NCBI GenBank assembly: GCA_964021915.1
Contig: CAXHZK010000013.1
Coordinates: 18-64,017, forward strand
Length of the DNA: 64,000 nt
Direction of reading: 5' to 3'
Source of the DNA: an uncultured Roseobacteraceae bacterium
GTDB lineage: Bacteria > Pseudomonadota > Alphaproteobacteria > Rhodobacterales > Rhodobacteraceae
The notes beneath the pieces were generated by a model. That model made no database searches and was not told the origin of the DNA. It was given only the letters and a program-made list of their open reading frames with translations. The position numbers and the translations under genes were made by a program. Shown in pieces: positions 10,130 through 19,891 of this stretch (position 1 is its first letter; the number at the start of each line of letters is the position of its first letter).

Positions 10130-11344
10130 ATGAAACAGTCATATTACAATCTTGCCGATCCTGACTTTCTGATCAATCCGGCACCCATGCTTACGCAGAT
10201 GAGGGCGGAAGGGCCGTTGGTGAAAATCAAACTGCCCGTCGTGGGCAGGCTGTGGGCGACCACAACCCACGCTGCCACGTCAGAGGTCGTGAAAGGCAAT
10301 GACCGGTTTTTCCTGACGGGACAGGGCGCAGGGCTCAAGAAAAAGGGCAATGCCGCCATGCCGTGGTGGGCACCAAAGAGCTTTCGCGCGCTGGCGGACA
10401 ATATGCTGGGCAAGGACGACCCTGAACATCGCCGATTGCGCAAATTGGTTGATCAAGCCTTTGCCCGTCGCGGCATCCGAGACATGCGCGGCGATATTGC
10501 AATGCTGGCCCGATCGCACCTAAACACGGCTGGCCATGGCTCCGTCGATATTGTCCCAGTGTTTTGCCGCAGCTTCCCGCTCTCCGTCATTGCAGAGCTG
10601 CTTGGCGTGCCTGACGACAAGCGTGCACAATTTGCAAAGGCAGCAGGCACTCTTGGTGAGTTTGACGGCCCCATGTCGATTTTTCGCATGCTTCGCGCAG
10701 TGTCCAAGCTTCAGAATCTGGTGCGTGATATGGTGAATGATATGCGCACTAACCCCCAAGCTGGGTTGATCGCTGATCTCATTGATGTCGAGGCACAGGG
10801 CGATAAGTTGACCGAGAACGAGCTGGTTTCAATGGTGTTCCTGCTGTTGTTTGCAGGGTTTGAAACCACGACCAATTTGATTGCTGGGTCAATCATCGCT
10901 CTTGATCAAAACCCTGACCAAAAGGCGTGGCTTTTTGCTGATTTTGACGGCCGGATAGAAGCCGCGACCGAAGAGCTGTGCCGGTTCGTGTCATCGGTCG
11001 CAGGCACCAAGCCACGGATCGCTGCACATGACACGACGATTGACGGGCAAGCCTTGAAAAAGGGCGATAAGATTATGGCGCTACCCGTAGCTGCCAATTA
11101 CGACCCAGCTGTGTTTGATGGCCCCGAAAAACTGCAATTGGATCGCTTCCCCAATCCGCACTTGGCGTTTTCAGCCGGCACACATTTTTGCCTTGGGATG
11201 CAATTGGCGCGTGTCGAATTGCAAGAGGCGCTGCGCGCTCTCAATGCGCATGCACCAAACCTCAAGGTCGCGGATGATCCGCCGCAGTATGCCCGCAGGC
11301 CCGGTCACCGCGCTCTTAAGGCGCTAAATGTAAACCTTGCTTAA
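10130..11344 (+). CDS. Cytochrome P450
   Basis: DDPEHRRLR, AGFETT I-helix, EELCR (ExxR), FSAGTHFCLG heme-binding motif. Confidence 0.95.
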   Translation: MKQSYYNLADPDFLINPAPMLTQMRAEGPLVKIKLPVVGRLWATTTHAATSEVVKGNDRFFLTGQGAGLKKKGNAAMPWWAPKSFRALADNMLGKDDPEHRRLRKLVDQAFARRGIRDMRGDIAMLARSHLNTAGHGSVDIVPVFCRSFPLSVIAELLGVPDDKRAQFAKAAGTLGEFDGPMSIFRMLRAVSKLQNLVRDMVNDMRTNPQAGLIADLIDVEAQGDKLTENELVSMVFLLLFAGFETTTNLIAGSIIALDQNPDQKAWLFADFDGRIEAATEELCRFVSSVAGTKPRIAAHDTTIDGQALKKGDKIMALPVAANYDPAVFDGPEKLQLDRFPNPHLAFSAGTHFCLGMQLARVELQEALRALNAHAPNLKVADDPPQYARRPGHRALKALNVNLA

Positions 11345-11757
11345 TTGTCTACTTTGCCGCGCAACTGCTTTACGTTTGAACGTTGTTTTTTGGCATCTAA
11401 CCGTCGCCTGACCGATCCCAGTGTCGGGCGCGTTGCGATCCTGCGTTTTGGCACCACCATCGCCTTGAGGATCATTTCCTTCAGCCGTTCATAGCCAATT
11501 TCACGATTGCGGGCCTGCGAACGGGTATCCTGAATAAACAGTACAATCGCCCCATCTTTGGTCCATTTTTGCCCTGCTATCCGGCGAAGCCGCTTTTTTA
11601 CGGCCGCCGTCAGGTTTGGGGAACGCTCGGCCTCAAACCGCAACTCGACCGCGGTTGATACTTTGTTGACGTTCTGGCCGCCGGGACCAGATGCCCTCGC
11701 AAAGTTTTCGGTCAGCTCCCAATCGGCGATGGTGGTCTCATTGTTGACGACGATCAT
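11341..11757 (-). CDS. arfB: Alternative ribosome rescue peptidyl-tRNA hydrolase ArfB
   Basis: RASGPGGQNVNK, RSQARNR and basic tail RIATRPTLGS. Confidence 0.95.
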   Translation of the reverse strand: MIVVNNETTIADWELTENFARASGPGGQNVNKVSTAVELRFEAERSPNLTAAVKKRLRRIAGQKWTKDGAIVLFIQDTRSQARNREIGYERLKEMILKAMVVPKRRIATRPTLGSVRRRLDAKKQRSNVKQLRGKVDN

Positions 11758-11914
11758 CGGTTTACTTCCACGCGGTTGCACAATTCGGCGATCCTTTGCC
11801 AGTTTGACAGAGCATATCAAAGATCACTGCCCTGTTATCGCTTATCAATTGGCAATACGCCAGTTTGCCCTCATATCTACTGTTAACACCGTTCCAAGGA
11901 CGTAAGGTTTAAAT

Positions 11915-12517
11915 ATGAAATATCTTAAGACACTCGCTCTCTCTGCTGCGTTGAGCATCGCTGCATTGCCCGCAATGGCCGAGCAACTTTCGCTCGACGA
12001 GATTTCACAGTTTTTAAATGGCCTGCAAACAGCGCAGGGCGATTTCACGCAAATCAACAGCGATGGAACGCTTTCAACGGGGCGGCTGTTTCTCAAACGT
12101 CCTGGCCGCATCCGGTTTGAATATAATGCGCCAGATAATTCACTGGTCATGGCTGGCGGTGGTTCGGTCGCTGTATTTGATCCACGGTCCAACAACGGGC
12201 CAGAGCGCTATCCGCTGCACCGCACCCCGCTCAAAATTATACTGGAACGCAATGTTGATCTTGCCAAGGCGCGCATGGTGACGGGCCATTCATCCGATAG
12301 CACATCAACAACTGTCACCGCCCAAGATCCGGACAACCCGCAATACGGAAATATTCAGTTGGTTTTCACCAGCAGCCCAATTGAATTACGTCAATGGATT
12401 GTGACCGATGATGTCGGTGATCAGACGGTCGTGATCTTGAATGACCTAGAAGCCGGAATCCCGATCGCCGACGCAAAGTTTAGCATTCTTGGCGAAATCG
12501 CCAGCAGGGAACAATAG
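11915..12517 (+). CDS. lolA: Outer-membrane lipoprotein carrier LolA family
   Basis: Signal peptide, GDFTQ, LKRPGRIRFEY, TPLKIIL, LRQWIVTD. Confidence 0.88.
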   Translation: MKYLKTLALSAALSIAALPAMAEQLSLDEISQFLNGLQTAQGDFTQINSDGTLSTGRLFLKRPGRIRFEYNAPDNSLVMAGGGSVAVFDPRSNNGPERYPLHRTPLKIILERNVDLAKARMVTGHSSDSTSTTVTAQDPDNPQYGNIQLVFTSSPIELRQWIVTDDVGDQTVVILNDLEAGIPIADAKFSILGEIASREQ

Positions 12518-12527
12518 TGTCAACGAT

Positions 12528-12551
12528 AGGGGCGTCGCATAAGACGCCCCT
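12528..12551. terminator. Hairpin between convergent genes
   Basis: aggggcgtc-gcataa-gacgcccct, perfect 9-bp stem. Confidence 0.7.
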
Positions 12552-12558
12552 GAGCTAT

Positions 12559-13143
12559 CTAAATTTTGCGGCAGGAGCGCAGCTGAGCATCATACATAAT
12601 AGCGCGTGAATCGACTTCGTTCGCAATACGGACGAGCCAGCTTTTGCTCCGCCAAGTGCCTCGTTTATATCCCGTGCGGCCGTCGTGATAGGCGAGGTAT
12701 TGGTTGCGCGTGTCGAATAGTTGAACGCCTACCTCTTCTCGGGTTTGGGACATGTACCAGCCCATAAAATCAGCGGCATCGTAAATATCATCGCGCCGCG
12801 CGCCAAATCCGCCCTCTTTTTGCTGGTAATCTTTCCAAGTGCCATCTAGCGCTTGGGAATAACCAAATGCAGAGGACTGGCGCCCCATCGGGATCACACC
12901 TAACGCATATTGATAGGGGGTCCGGTTGTTGCCGATGAATTTACTCTCTTGGTAAATGATCGCCATGACGACGGGAATAGGAACGCCCCATTTCCGCTCA
13001 GCGGCCCTAAATGCCCGGAGATATTTCGGACGCTCATCCAAAATAGAACACGCATTTTCGAGATTGCGCGGGGCCGAAAACTCTCTGGAACCACAGCTGG
13101 CAACGGCCAGCAGCAGTACCGCTACTCTTAGAAATCTGCTCAT
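12559..13143 (-). CDS. Lytic transglycosylase (SLT-like) lipoprotein
   Basis: Lipobox LAVASC, IIYQESKF catalytic Glu, SSAFGYSQA, YLAYHDG. Confidence 0.85.
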   Translation of the reverse strand: MSRFLRVAVLLLAVASCGSREFSAPRNLENACSILDERPKYLRAFRAAERKWGVPIPVVMAIIYQESKFIGNNRTPYQYALGVIPMGRQSSAFGYSQALDGTWKDYQQKEGGFGARRDDIYDAADFMGWYMSQTREEVGVQLFDTRNQYLAYHDGRTGYKRGTWRSKSWLVRIANEVDSRAIMYDAQLRSCRKI

Positions 13144-13220
13144 TTGCTCTTACCCTTAGGGGTTATTTTTAAGCAGCATAGCCCAATAATTTGCATGTGG
13201 GAACCATGATGGTGCTTTTG

Positions 13221-14102
13221 CTAGATCACAAATGCCAGAATGAGCGGCAATGTGATCACGCTCAGCAACGTCGATGAGACGACAAGCCCTGCTACGACTT
13301 GTGCCTCATGCCCGTATTTTTCGGCCAATAGATAAGATGTAACGGCAACGGGGGTGGAAATTTGAACGATCAACACCGCTGTTGGGACAGCGCCCAACTC
13401 GAAATAGAGCGCTACGCCAGCCGCAGCGCCAGCGCATATGATGGCCTTGGACACCGACAATGCGACAGCGGTCCAGATGTCTTTGACATGCAGCCGTGCT
13501 ACCGCAACCCCAAGCGTGATCAACATCAAGGGGATGGCCATTTGCCCCGTCAATTCAAGCGCATTGGTTAGGGCCACTGGTGTTTGCCACCCTTGCCAAA
13601 GAAATAGCGCCCCAAGGAATGTCGCGGCGACAACCGGTTCCTTGAATGCGCGGATGATCGACCCACCACCAGACACGACCCAAACCCCGATTGTGAATGA
13701 CAGGATCGCCATGACAGCGAAAACGACAACCGCATATCCCAAACCTTCTGTGCCAAACGCAAAAAGCGCCAGCGGCAGGCCGAGGTTGCCCGTGTTGCCG
13801 AAAACAAGCGGTGCTAAGTAGGTCGCGATGGACAGGCGAAAAAAAAGAATAAGCACACCAAAGACCAATGCGATCAGCGCATATGTGGCAAAACTAGCAA
13901 GGCTCAGCGCCGCCAACGCCTCGGGCGCGATATCGGTATTCATCAGGGCCACAAATATCAGACAGGGCACAGAAACTGTCATCGCCAGTCGCGTCACAAA
14001 CTGCATCGGATAGTCAAACCCCATGCGCACCCAAATATATCCAATCGTAGCCAAAACAAAAACGGGTGCCGTAATATTCAACACTGTAAGGGCAATGATC
14101 AC
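13221..14102 (-). CDS. AEC family transporter
   Basis: Multi-TM protein with GNTGNLGLP and STPVAVTSYLLA. Confidence 0.9.
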   Translation of the reverse strand: MIIALTVLNITAPVFVLATIGYIWVRMGFDYPMQFVTRLAMTVSVPCLIFVALMNTDIAPEALAALSLASFATYALIALVFGVLILFFRLSIATYLAPLVFGNTGNLGLPLALFAFGTEGLGYAVVVFAVMAILSFTIGVWVVSGGGSIIRAFKEPVVAATFLGALFLWQGWQTPVALTNALELTGQMAIPLMLITLGVAVARLHVKDIWTAVALSVSKAIICAGAAAGVALYFELGAVPTAVLIVQISTPVAVTSYLLAEKYGHEAQVVAGLVVSSTLLSVITLPLILAFVI

Positions 14103-14180
14103 AGACTGTTTCCTTTAATCTGGGTGGCGGGCCATGGACACAGACCGCAAATCGCGGCTATGAAGAACCAAGGGAGTGCT

Positions 14181-14507
14181 ATGTTTAAAAAGCGTGCAAA
14201 ATATGCGTTAGGTCAAGTGGTCAAGCACCGCAAACATCCTTTTCGGGGTGTTGTATTTGATGTCGACGCAATGTTTTCCAACACCGAAGCATGGTATGAT
14301 GCAATCCCCGAGGACGCGCGCCCAGCCAAAGACCAGCCGTTTTATCACCTGCTCGCTGAAAATGATCAAAGCTACTACGTGGCCTATGTATCAGAGCAAA
14401 ACTTGATCGCTGACTATTCTGGTATCCCGGTTGAACACCCGGATCTGGACGATTTGTTTGGTCCATTCGAGGATGGGCAGTATCCGCTTCAGGTTCAATT
14501 GAACTAA
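14181..14507 (+). CDS. hspQ: Heat shock protein HspQ
   Basis: GQVVKHRKHPFRGVVFDVD, QPFYHLLAEN, YVSEQNL; GGGAG RBS. Confidence 0.95.
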   Translation: MFKKRAKYALGQVVKHRKHPFRGVVFDVDAMFSNTEAWYDAIPEDARPAKDQPFYHLLAENDQSYYVAYVSEQNLIADYSGIPVEHPDLDDLFGPFEDGQYPLQVQLN

Positions 14508-14642
14508 GCGTCAGCCTGCGTTTGCACCTGCAATTGGGCCTCGTGATTTTTGCAATTCCTCAAAACTATTCCATTTTGCACCGAATTGATGGATGCTGGT
14601 CCAAATACGCGGCCACAACATTCAATGCGAGAGCGTAATCAC

Positions 14643-15182
14643 ATGACCAAGCCAGTAACATATGACCGGATTTCCCGCCTGAACCATTGGATCATCGCGC
14701 TCGCAATGATCGGCATGCTGGCGGTGGGGCTATATCTTGAATTTGGCGGGCTTGATCGTAACGCAAAGCGGCCTTTGCTGAACATTCACCGGTCTGTCGG
14801 TGTGTTGGTTCTGATCTTTGGCGCCTGGCGGGTCGCTTACCGGATCAAGCAGGGCTTTCCGCCGCCTGCATCAACTAGTGGCCCCGCTTGGCAAGAACGG
14901 GTGGCCAAGTGGATGCATTGGGCCTTGCTTGCGGGGATCATCATCATGCCGGTGTCTGGTATCGCCATGACCGTGTTTCGCGGTCGTGCGGTTGATGTGT
15001 TTGGATGGTTTGCCATTCCAGCACAGGCAAAAAATGATCTGCTCGTGTCTATTGGATCGAATGTGCACGGTGCCGCAGGCAAGCTTATTGCGCTTTTAGT
15101 GATCGTGCACCTGTTGGCCGCGATTAAACACCACGTCGTTGATAAGGACGCGACACTGCACCGGATGATACGCGGGGGCTAG
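14643..15182 (+). CDS. Cytochrome b561 family protein
   Basis: SRLNHW, HRSVG, HWALL..MPVSG, HLLAAIKHH heme ligands. Confidence 0.92.
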   Translation: MTKPVTYDRISRLNHWIIALAMIGMLAVGLYLEFGGLDRNAKRPLLNIHRSVGVLVLIFGAWRVAYRIKQGFPPPASTSGPAWQERVAKWMHWALLAGIIIMPVSGIAMTVFRGRAVDVFGWFAIPAQAKNDLLVSIGSNVHGAAGKLIALLVIVHLLAAIKHHVVDKDATLHRMIRGG

Positions 15183-16756
15183 TACCCCAACGCGCAACCG
15201 TCCTTGCGCGGGTCAGATCCGCCAATCAGCACGCCATCATCGTTAAGCTGGATAGCCTGCGCGCCACCGATGGCTGTTGCAGGGATTTGCACATCATGCC
15301 CGAGATCGGCCAATCCTTGCCTTGTGCTATCGGCATAGCCACGTTCGACATTCAGCACTGCACCATCAGCAAAGCAACGCGGCGCGTCGATTGCTGCCTG
15401 CACATCCATGTCAAAATCGGTCAGGTTGCTAATGAAACGGGCATGGCCCGTTGATTGATATGCACCACCCATCACACCAAATGGCATGTATGGCTTTCGG
15501 TCTTTCTTCAAAAGCCCCGGGATGATCGTATGCATTGGGCGTTTGCCTGCTCCGGCCTCGTTCGCGTGTCCGGCCTCAAGCGTGAAGCCCGCGCCTCTGT
15601 TCTGAAGGAGGATGCCGTATTTGTCGCTCGCGATGCCACTGCCGAATGAATGGAACACGGAATAGATCAGCGATACGCACATCCGGTCCTTGTCCACGAC
15701 AGTGATATAGATGGTATCTTTGTGTACGGCCTCTGCGCCGGGCAGGGACGCGGCCAATGCTTTATTTGGGTCAATAAGAGCGGCAAGCTGTTTGGCCGTA
15801 TCCATTGACAGCATGTGGTCTAACCGCTCCATGTGATCCATGTCAGCGACAAAGCGGTTTCTTGCATCATATGCCAGCTTGGTGGCTTCGGCCTCGATAT
15901 GCGCACGCTGAACGCCAAATGGGTCCATACCCGCAATATCAAATTGCTTGAGCATGTTGAGAATGAGAATGGCTGTTGCGCCTTGTCCGTTCGGCGGATG
16001 CTCCCACAGGTCCAGCCCGCCGTAACCGCCGGAAATCGGGGCTGTATAGTCACAGGCCGTATTCGCAAAGTCATCGAGCGTATGAACGCCGCCCATTGCA
16101 TTCAGGCTGCGCACCATATCCTCGGCGACTTCGCCCTCATAAAACGCGTCCCTTCCGTCCAGCGCGATGCGGCGCAACACCTCTGCTTGTTGTGGCGCGC
16201 GAAAAACCTGTCCTGTCTGGGGCGTTTTCCCATTCAACAGGTAGAAATTTTTGGCCACGCCCTGCAAGCGGTCGGTCGCCTCTGCCCAATCATCTGCAAC
16301 CCTTGGGGCTACGGGAATACCCGCCTCGGCGTAATGAATTGCTGGCGCTAATGACGCTTTTAATCCCAGTTTTCCAAAGTCCCGCGAAAGGGTGCAAAAT
16401 GCGTCAACAGCACCGGGGATGGTTACTGCCTCTGGCCCGTTCAATGGCACTGCCGTCAGGCCCTGATCCCGCATTTTCGCAGCATCCATACCCGCAGGCG
16501 CGCGACCTGACCCATTCAGCGCAACAACACGATCTTCGCCAGCTGGTGACAACAAGACGAAACAATCACCACCAATGCCAGTCATTTGTGGTTCAGCAAT
16601 GCCGAGCAACACGGCCCCCGCAATTGCAGCATCTACAGCGTTCCCGCCTGCTTCTAATATTTGCACAGCAACTTTTGCGGCCAGCGGATGCGACGTCGCG
16701 CACATGCCATTGGTTGCATAAGTCGCGGATCGGCCGGGCAGGTGGAAGTCGCGCAT
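15179..16756 (-). CDS. ggt: Gamma-glutamyltransferase family protein
   Basis: GGNAVDAAIA, EPQMTGIGGD, DTIYITVVD nucleophile Thr, KRPMHTIIP, GSDPRKDG. Confidence 0.93.
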   Translation of the reverse strand: MRDFHLPGRSATYATNGMCATSHPLAAKVAVQILEAGGNAVDAAIAGAVLLGIAEPQMTGIGGDCFVLLSPAGEDRVVALNGSGRAPAGMDAAKMRDQGLTAVPLNGPEAVTIPGAVDAFCTLSRDFGKLGLKASLAPAIHYAEAGIPVAPRVADDWAEATDRLQGVAKNFYLLNGKTPQTGQVFRAPQQAEVLRRIALDGRDAFYEGEVAEDMVRSLNAMGGVHTLDDFANTACDYTAPISGGYGGLDLWEHPPNGQGATAILILNMLKQFDIAGMDPFGVQRAHIEAEATKLAYDARNRFVADMDHMERLDHMLSMDTAKQLAALIDPNKALAASLPGAEAVHKDTIYITVVDKDRMCVSLIYSVFHSFGSGIASDKYGILLQNRGAGFTLEAGHANEAGAGKRPMHTIIPGLLKKDRKPYMPFGVMGGAYQSTGHARFISNLTDFDMDVQAAIDAPRCFADGAVLNVERGYADSTRQGLADLGHDVQIPATAIGGAQAIQLNDDGVLIGGSDPRKDGCALGY

Positions 16757-16843
16757 GATTGACCCTCTATTGGTTGCAACCGCAACATTAGGCGGTTCGA
16801 ACTTTGTTGCAATCGAAAAAGAGAATGTATCGGAGAGCTTTGC

Positions 16844-16889
16844 TCGGCACCGTGCAACTGGGTGGGGGCTATGAAGTGCACGGTGCCGA
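16844..16889. repeat. Intergenic 13-bp perfect inverted repeat (REP-like hairpin)
   Basis: tcggcaccgtgca (16844-16856) and tgcacggtgccga (16877-16889), 20-nt loop. Confidence 0.7.
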
Positions 16890-17053
16890 AGTAAGCATTT
16901 ACTCGCTACAGTTATCGTTTTGAGCTCTGAAAACGGCAGACAAATGATGGAATTGTGACCCTTTCGGGGCATTTCACAATTAGAGCCAATTGACAGTTGT
17001 GCTGTAGGAAAAGAACATGTGTTCAATTCCTTTCGCACAAAACGGGGTATTCC

Positions 17054-18211
17054 ATGGAAAAAGTCGCAATCACAGGAGCAGCGCGCACCCCCATGGGGGG
17101 ATTTCAGGGTGTTTTCGCCGAAGTAGATGCATCTGTTCTTGGTGGAGCTGCAATAAAATCGGCCATGATCGGTGCAGGCATATCAACCGCGGATGAGCTC
17201 CTTATGGGGTGCGTGCTTCCGGCGGGGCAGGGGCAAGCGCCTGCGCGACAGGCAGGATTCGCCGCAGGGTTAGGGCAAGATGTGCCGGCAACCACGGTCA
17301 ACAAGATGTGCGGGTCCGGCATGAAAACGACCATGATGGCATTTGACCAAATCGCGTTGGGCACAGCGACAACGATTGTTGCTGGTGGGATGGAAAGCAT
17401 GACAAATGCGCCTTACCTGATGCCCAAAATGCGCGGTGGCGCGCGCATTGGCCATGCCCAAGTCGTTGATAGCATGTTTCTTGATGGCCTTGAGGACGCA
17501 TATGACAAAGGGCGCTTAATGGGCACATTTGCCGAGGATTGCGCCGACCATTATCAATTCACCCGCACCGCACAGGACGAATACGCCCTGACATCCTTGT
17601 CCAACGCATTGGTCGCCGAACAAAGCGGGGCCTTTGCCAATGAAATTTCGCCAGTCACGTTCAAAACGCGCAAGGGTGAGATTGTAATTGATCGCGATGA
17701 ACAGCCATCAAAGGCACGGCCTGAGAAAATACCCAACCTCAAACCTGCGTTTCGCCAAGATGGCACTGTGACCGCTGCGAATGCATCGAGCATTTCCGAT
17801 GGTGCTGCTGCATTGGTTCTGACGAGCGACCCGCAATCACCTGTGCGCGGGTATATTTTGGGCCACGCCAGCCATGCACAAGCGCCGGGATGGTTCACTA
17901 CCGCGCCCGTGCCTGCCGCGAAAAAGCTGTTGGACCGCATCGGTTGGGCGGTCGAGGATGTTGACTTGTGGGAAGTGAACGAGGCCTTTGCAGTGGTGCC
18001 CATGGCCTTTATGGCCGAGATGGGCATTTCGCGTGATAAGATGAACGTGAATGGCGGCGCAACTGCGCTGGGCCACCCGATAGGCGCATCGGGAACGCGC
18101 ATCATCGTAACACTGCTCAACGCACTGGAAAGTCGCGGGCTCAAACGTGGGATAGCTGCCATTTGCATCGGTGGTGGCGAAGGCACAGCAATCGCTATAG
18201 AGCGCCCCTAA
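17054..18211 (+). CDS. Acetyl-CoA C-acyltransferase (thiolase)
   Basis: NKMCGSG, NEAFA, GHPIGASG, CIGGGEG. Confidence 0.95.
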   Translation: MEKVAITGAARTPMGGFQGVFAEVDASVLGGAAIKSAMIGAGISTADELLMGCVLPAGQGQAPARQAGFAAGLGQDVPATTVNKMCGSGMKTTMMAFDQIALGTATTIVAGGMESMTNAPYLMPKMRGGARIGHAQVVDSMFLDGLEDAYDKGRLMGTFAEDCADHYQFTRTAQDEYALTSLSNALVAEQSGAFANEISPVTFKTRKGEIVIDRDEQPSKARPEKIPNLKPAFRQDGTVTAANASSISDGAAALVLTSDPQSPVRGYILGHASHAQAPGWFTTAPVPAAKKLLDRIGWAVEDVDLWEVNEAFAVVPMAFMAEMGISRDKMNVNGGATALGHPIGASGTRIIVTLLNALESRGLKRGIAAICIGGGEGTAIAIERP

Positions 18212-18236
18212 CAATAGGCATCTGCAGGAGAAATTG

Positions 18237-18695
18237 ATGCGCGTGAATTACCAGCTTCTTACTCAGACAATCGCGTCGTTGACCGAAGGCGAGGATGACG
18301 CAGTTGCGCTAATGGCCACGGTTGCTTGCGAAGTGCACCACTCTGATGATCGGTTCGACTGGACTGGGTTCTACCGTGTCACTGGACCTGAATTGCTCAA
18401 GATTGGACCATATCAAGGTGGGCATGGCTGTTTGCAAATCCCGTTCTCACGCGGCGTTTGTGGTGCTGCAGCGACAACCCGAAAGGTGCAGTTGGTTGAT
18501 GACGTGGAAACATTCGCAGGCCATATCGCCTGTGCATCATCGACACGATCCGAATTGGTTTTGCCAGTTCTGACCTCTGACGGCGCCTTGCTCGGTGTTT
18601 TTGACATCGACAGTGATCAACCCGCTGCCTTTACCGCTGAAGACGCCGAACAACTGCAATCCATTTTATCTGCGGTTTTTGCCTACGCCCGTTGA
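18237..18695 (+). CDS. msrC: GAF-domain free methionine-R-sulfoxide reductase
   Basis: DWTGFY, IGPYQG, GVCG, HIACASSTRSELVLP, DIDS. Confidence 0.85.
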   Translation: MRVNYQLLTQTIASLTEGEDDAVALMATVACEVHHSDDRFDWTGFYRVTGPELLKIGPYQGGHGCLQIPFSRGVCGAAATTRKVQLVDDVETFAGHIACASSTRSELVLPVLTSDGALLGVFDIDSDQPAAFTAEDAEQLQSILSAVFAYAR

Positions 18696-19819
18696 CGGTC
18701 GTTTTGGGCCTCCAACGCCGAATAGAACCGCTCACGCGGCCAATCCTCTGCGATGGCCTGACGGAATAACGCCGCCTGCGTCTGAGGGGCAAGTCCGCCA
18801 ACTGGTGGATCACGGTCAAGGTTCGTCGGAAACGAATAGCCTTCGGCACATGCCGCAATTGCAGCGGCCTGATCGGCGCTGGACATATCTGATACCTGCA
18901 TAGCCGGATACATAGCCTTGCACATGGCAACCCTGTCGATCGTTTCCATCGCGCGCCCGAACGCCGATGACACCTGCAATAGATTGGCCATACGCTGGAC
19001 ATCCGCACTCTCATTCGCGCCAGCAGCATGAAATAATGCGGGGCTAAAGAATAATGCATCCCCTTTTGCCAATGGCAATTGGATGCAGTTGGCTTCAAAA
19101 TAGTCGCGAAAATCCGGCCTGCGCCATGCCGCATACCCTGCCAGATATGCCTGACTGAACGGCAACAATTTAGTGGGCCCGCTTTCAACCGGCATGTCAG
19201 TATGTGCCACGGCACCCTGTAGCGTCAGGGCAGGTGATAATGCATGCACATGTGACGGATAGGTCGACGAAACATCGTCAGTTTGGAATCCAAGATGATA
19301 ATCCCTATGCGCCTGCTGTGCCGCACCACCGGGGCGCACCAAATTCACCTGTGACGTCATCTGATAGTTCGGGCCGAGCCACGCCTCGCTTATCGCGGCA
19401 ATGGAAGTATTTCCGAAATATAACGCAAAAACATCGGGTGCTCTTAGGCACAGTTTTTGAAGGGAATTCCAAATTCGGGCATTATTGCCTGCCGCTGAAA
19501 AATGATCCGCTGCGGCATGATCGGCCTCATCTTGGATAATCTGCTCAAAAACGGCGGTCGCTGCATCAATCGGCTGTGTGTCTGCATATGCACCCCTTAG
19601 CACCACGATACCGGATCCCTGGCCAATGTTGGTGGCCCATTCTGCCAACAGATTTGACCGACCTTGGGGAGTGATCAAATCGCACTGTGCGACATCGTAA
19701 ATCGGTACGTTTTGCGCAATCTCATGTGCATGCGGCACGTCTTCAGGGGCAAGGGACTGTGCGCATAGGCTTTGGAATTCGCTCAAGTCGCATGATTGGG
19801 CTGTGTAATATGTCGTCAT
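18683..19819 (-). CDS. PhyH-family Fe(II)/2-oxoglutarate dioxygenase
   Basis: QQAHRDYH (HxD), GPTKLLPFS, FHAAGAN and a downstream Arg. Confidence 0.88.
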   Translation of the reverse strand: MTTYYTAQSCDLSEFQSLCAQSLAPEDVPHAHEIAQNVPIYDVAQCDLITPQGRSNLLAEWATNIGQGSGIVVLRGAYADTQPIDAATAVFEQIIQDEADHAAADHFSAAGNNARIWNSLQKLCLRAPDVFALYFGNTSIAAISEAWLGPNYQMTSQVNLVRPGGAAQQAHRDYHLGFQTDDVSSTYPSHVHALSPALTLQGAVAHTDMPVESGPTKLLPFSQAYLAGYAAWRRPDFRDYFEANCIQLPLAKGDALFFSPALFHAAGANESADVQRMANLLQVSSAFGRAMETIDRVAMCKAMYPAMQVSDMSSADQAAAIAACAEGYSFPTNLDRDPPVGGLAPQTQAALFRQAIAEDWPRERFYSALEAQNDRQRA

Positions 19820-19891
19820 GATCAATTCTCCTAAAACCACCTTATGCAGAAAGCCACTTGATCAAACCCCGTTTCGCATCAATTATCCATC

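Noticed and set aside
19858-19882. FNR box
   Set aside because: TTGAT and ATCAA are 15 nt apart rather than 4.
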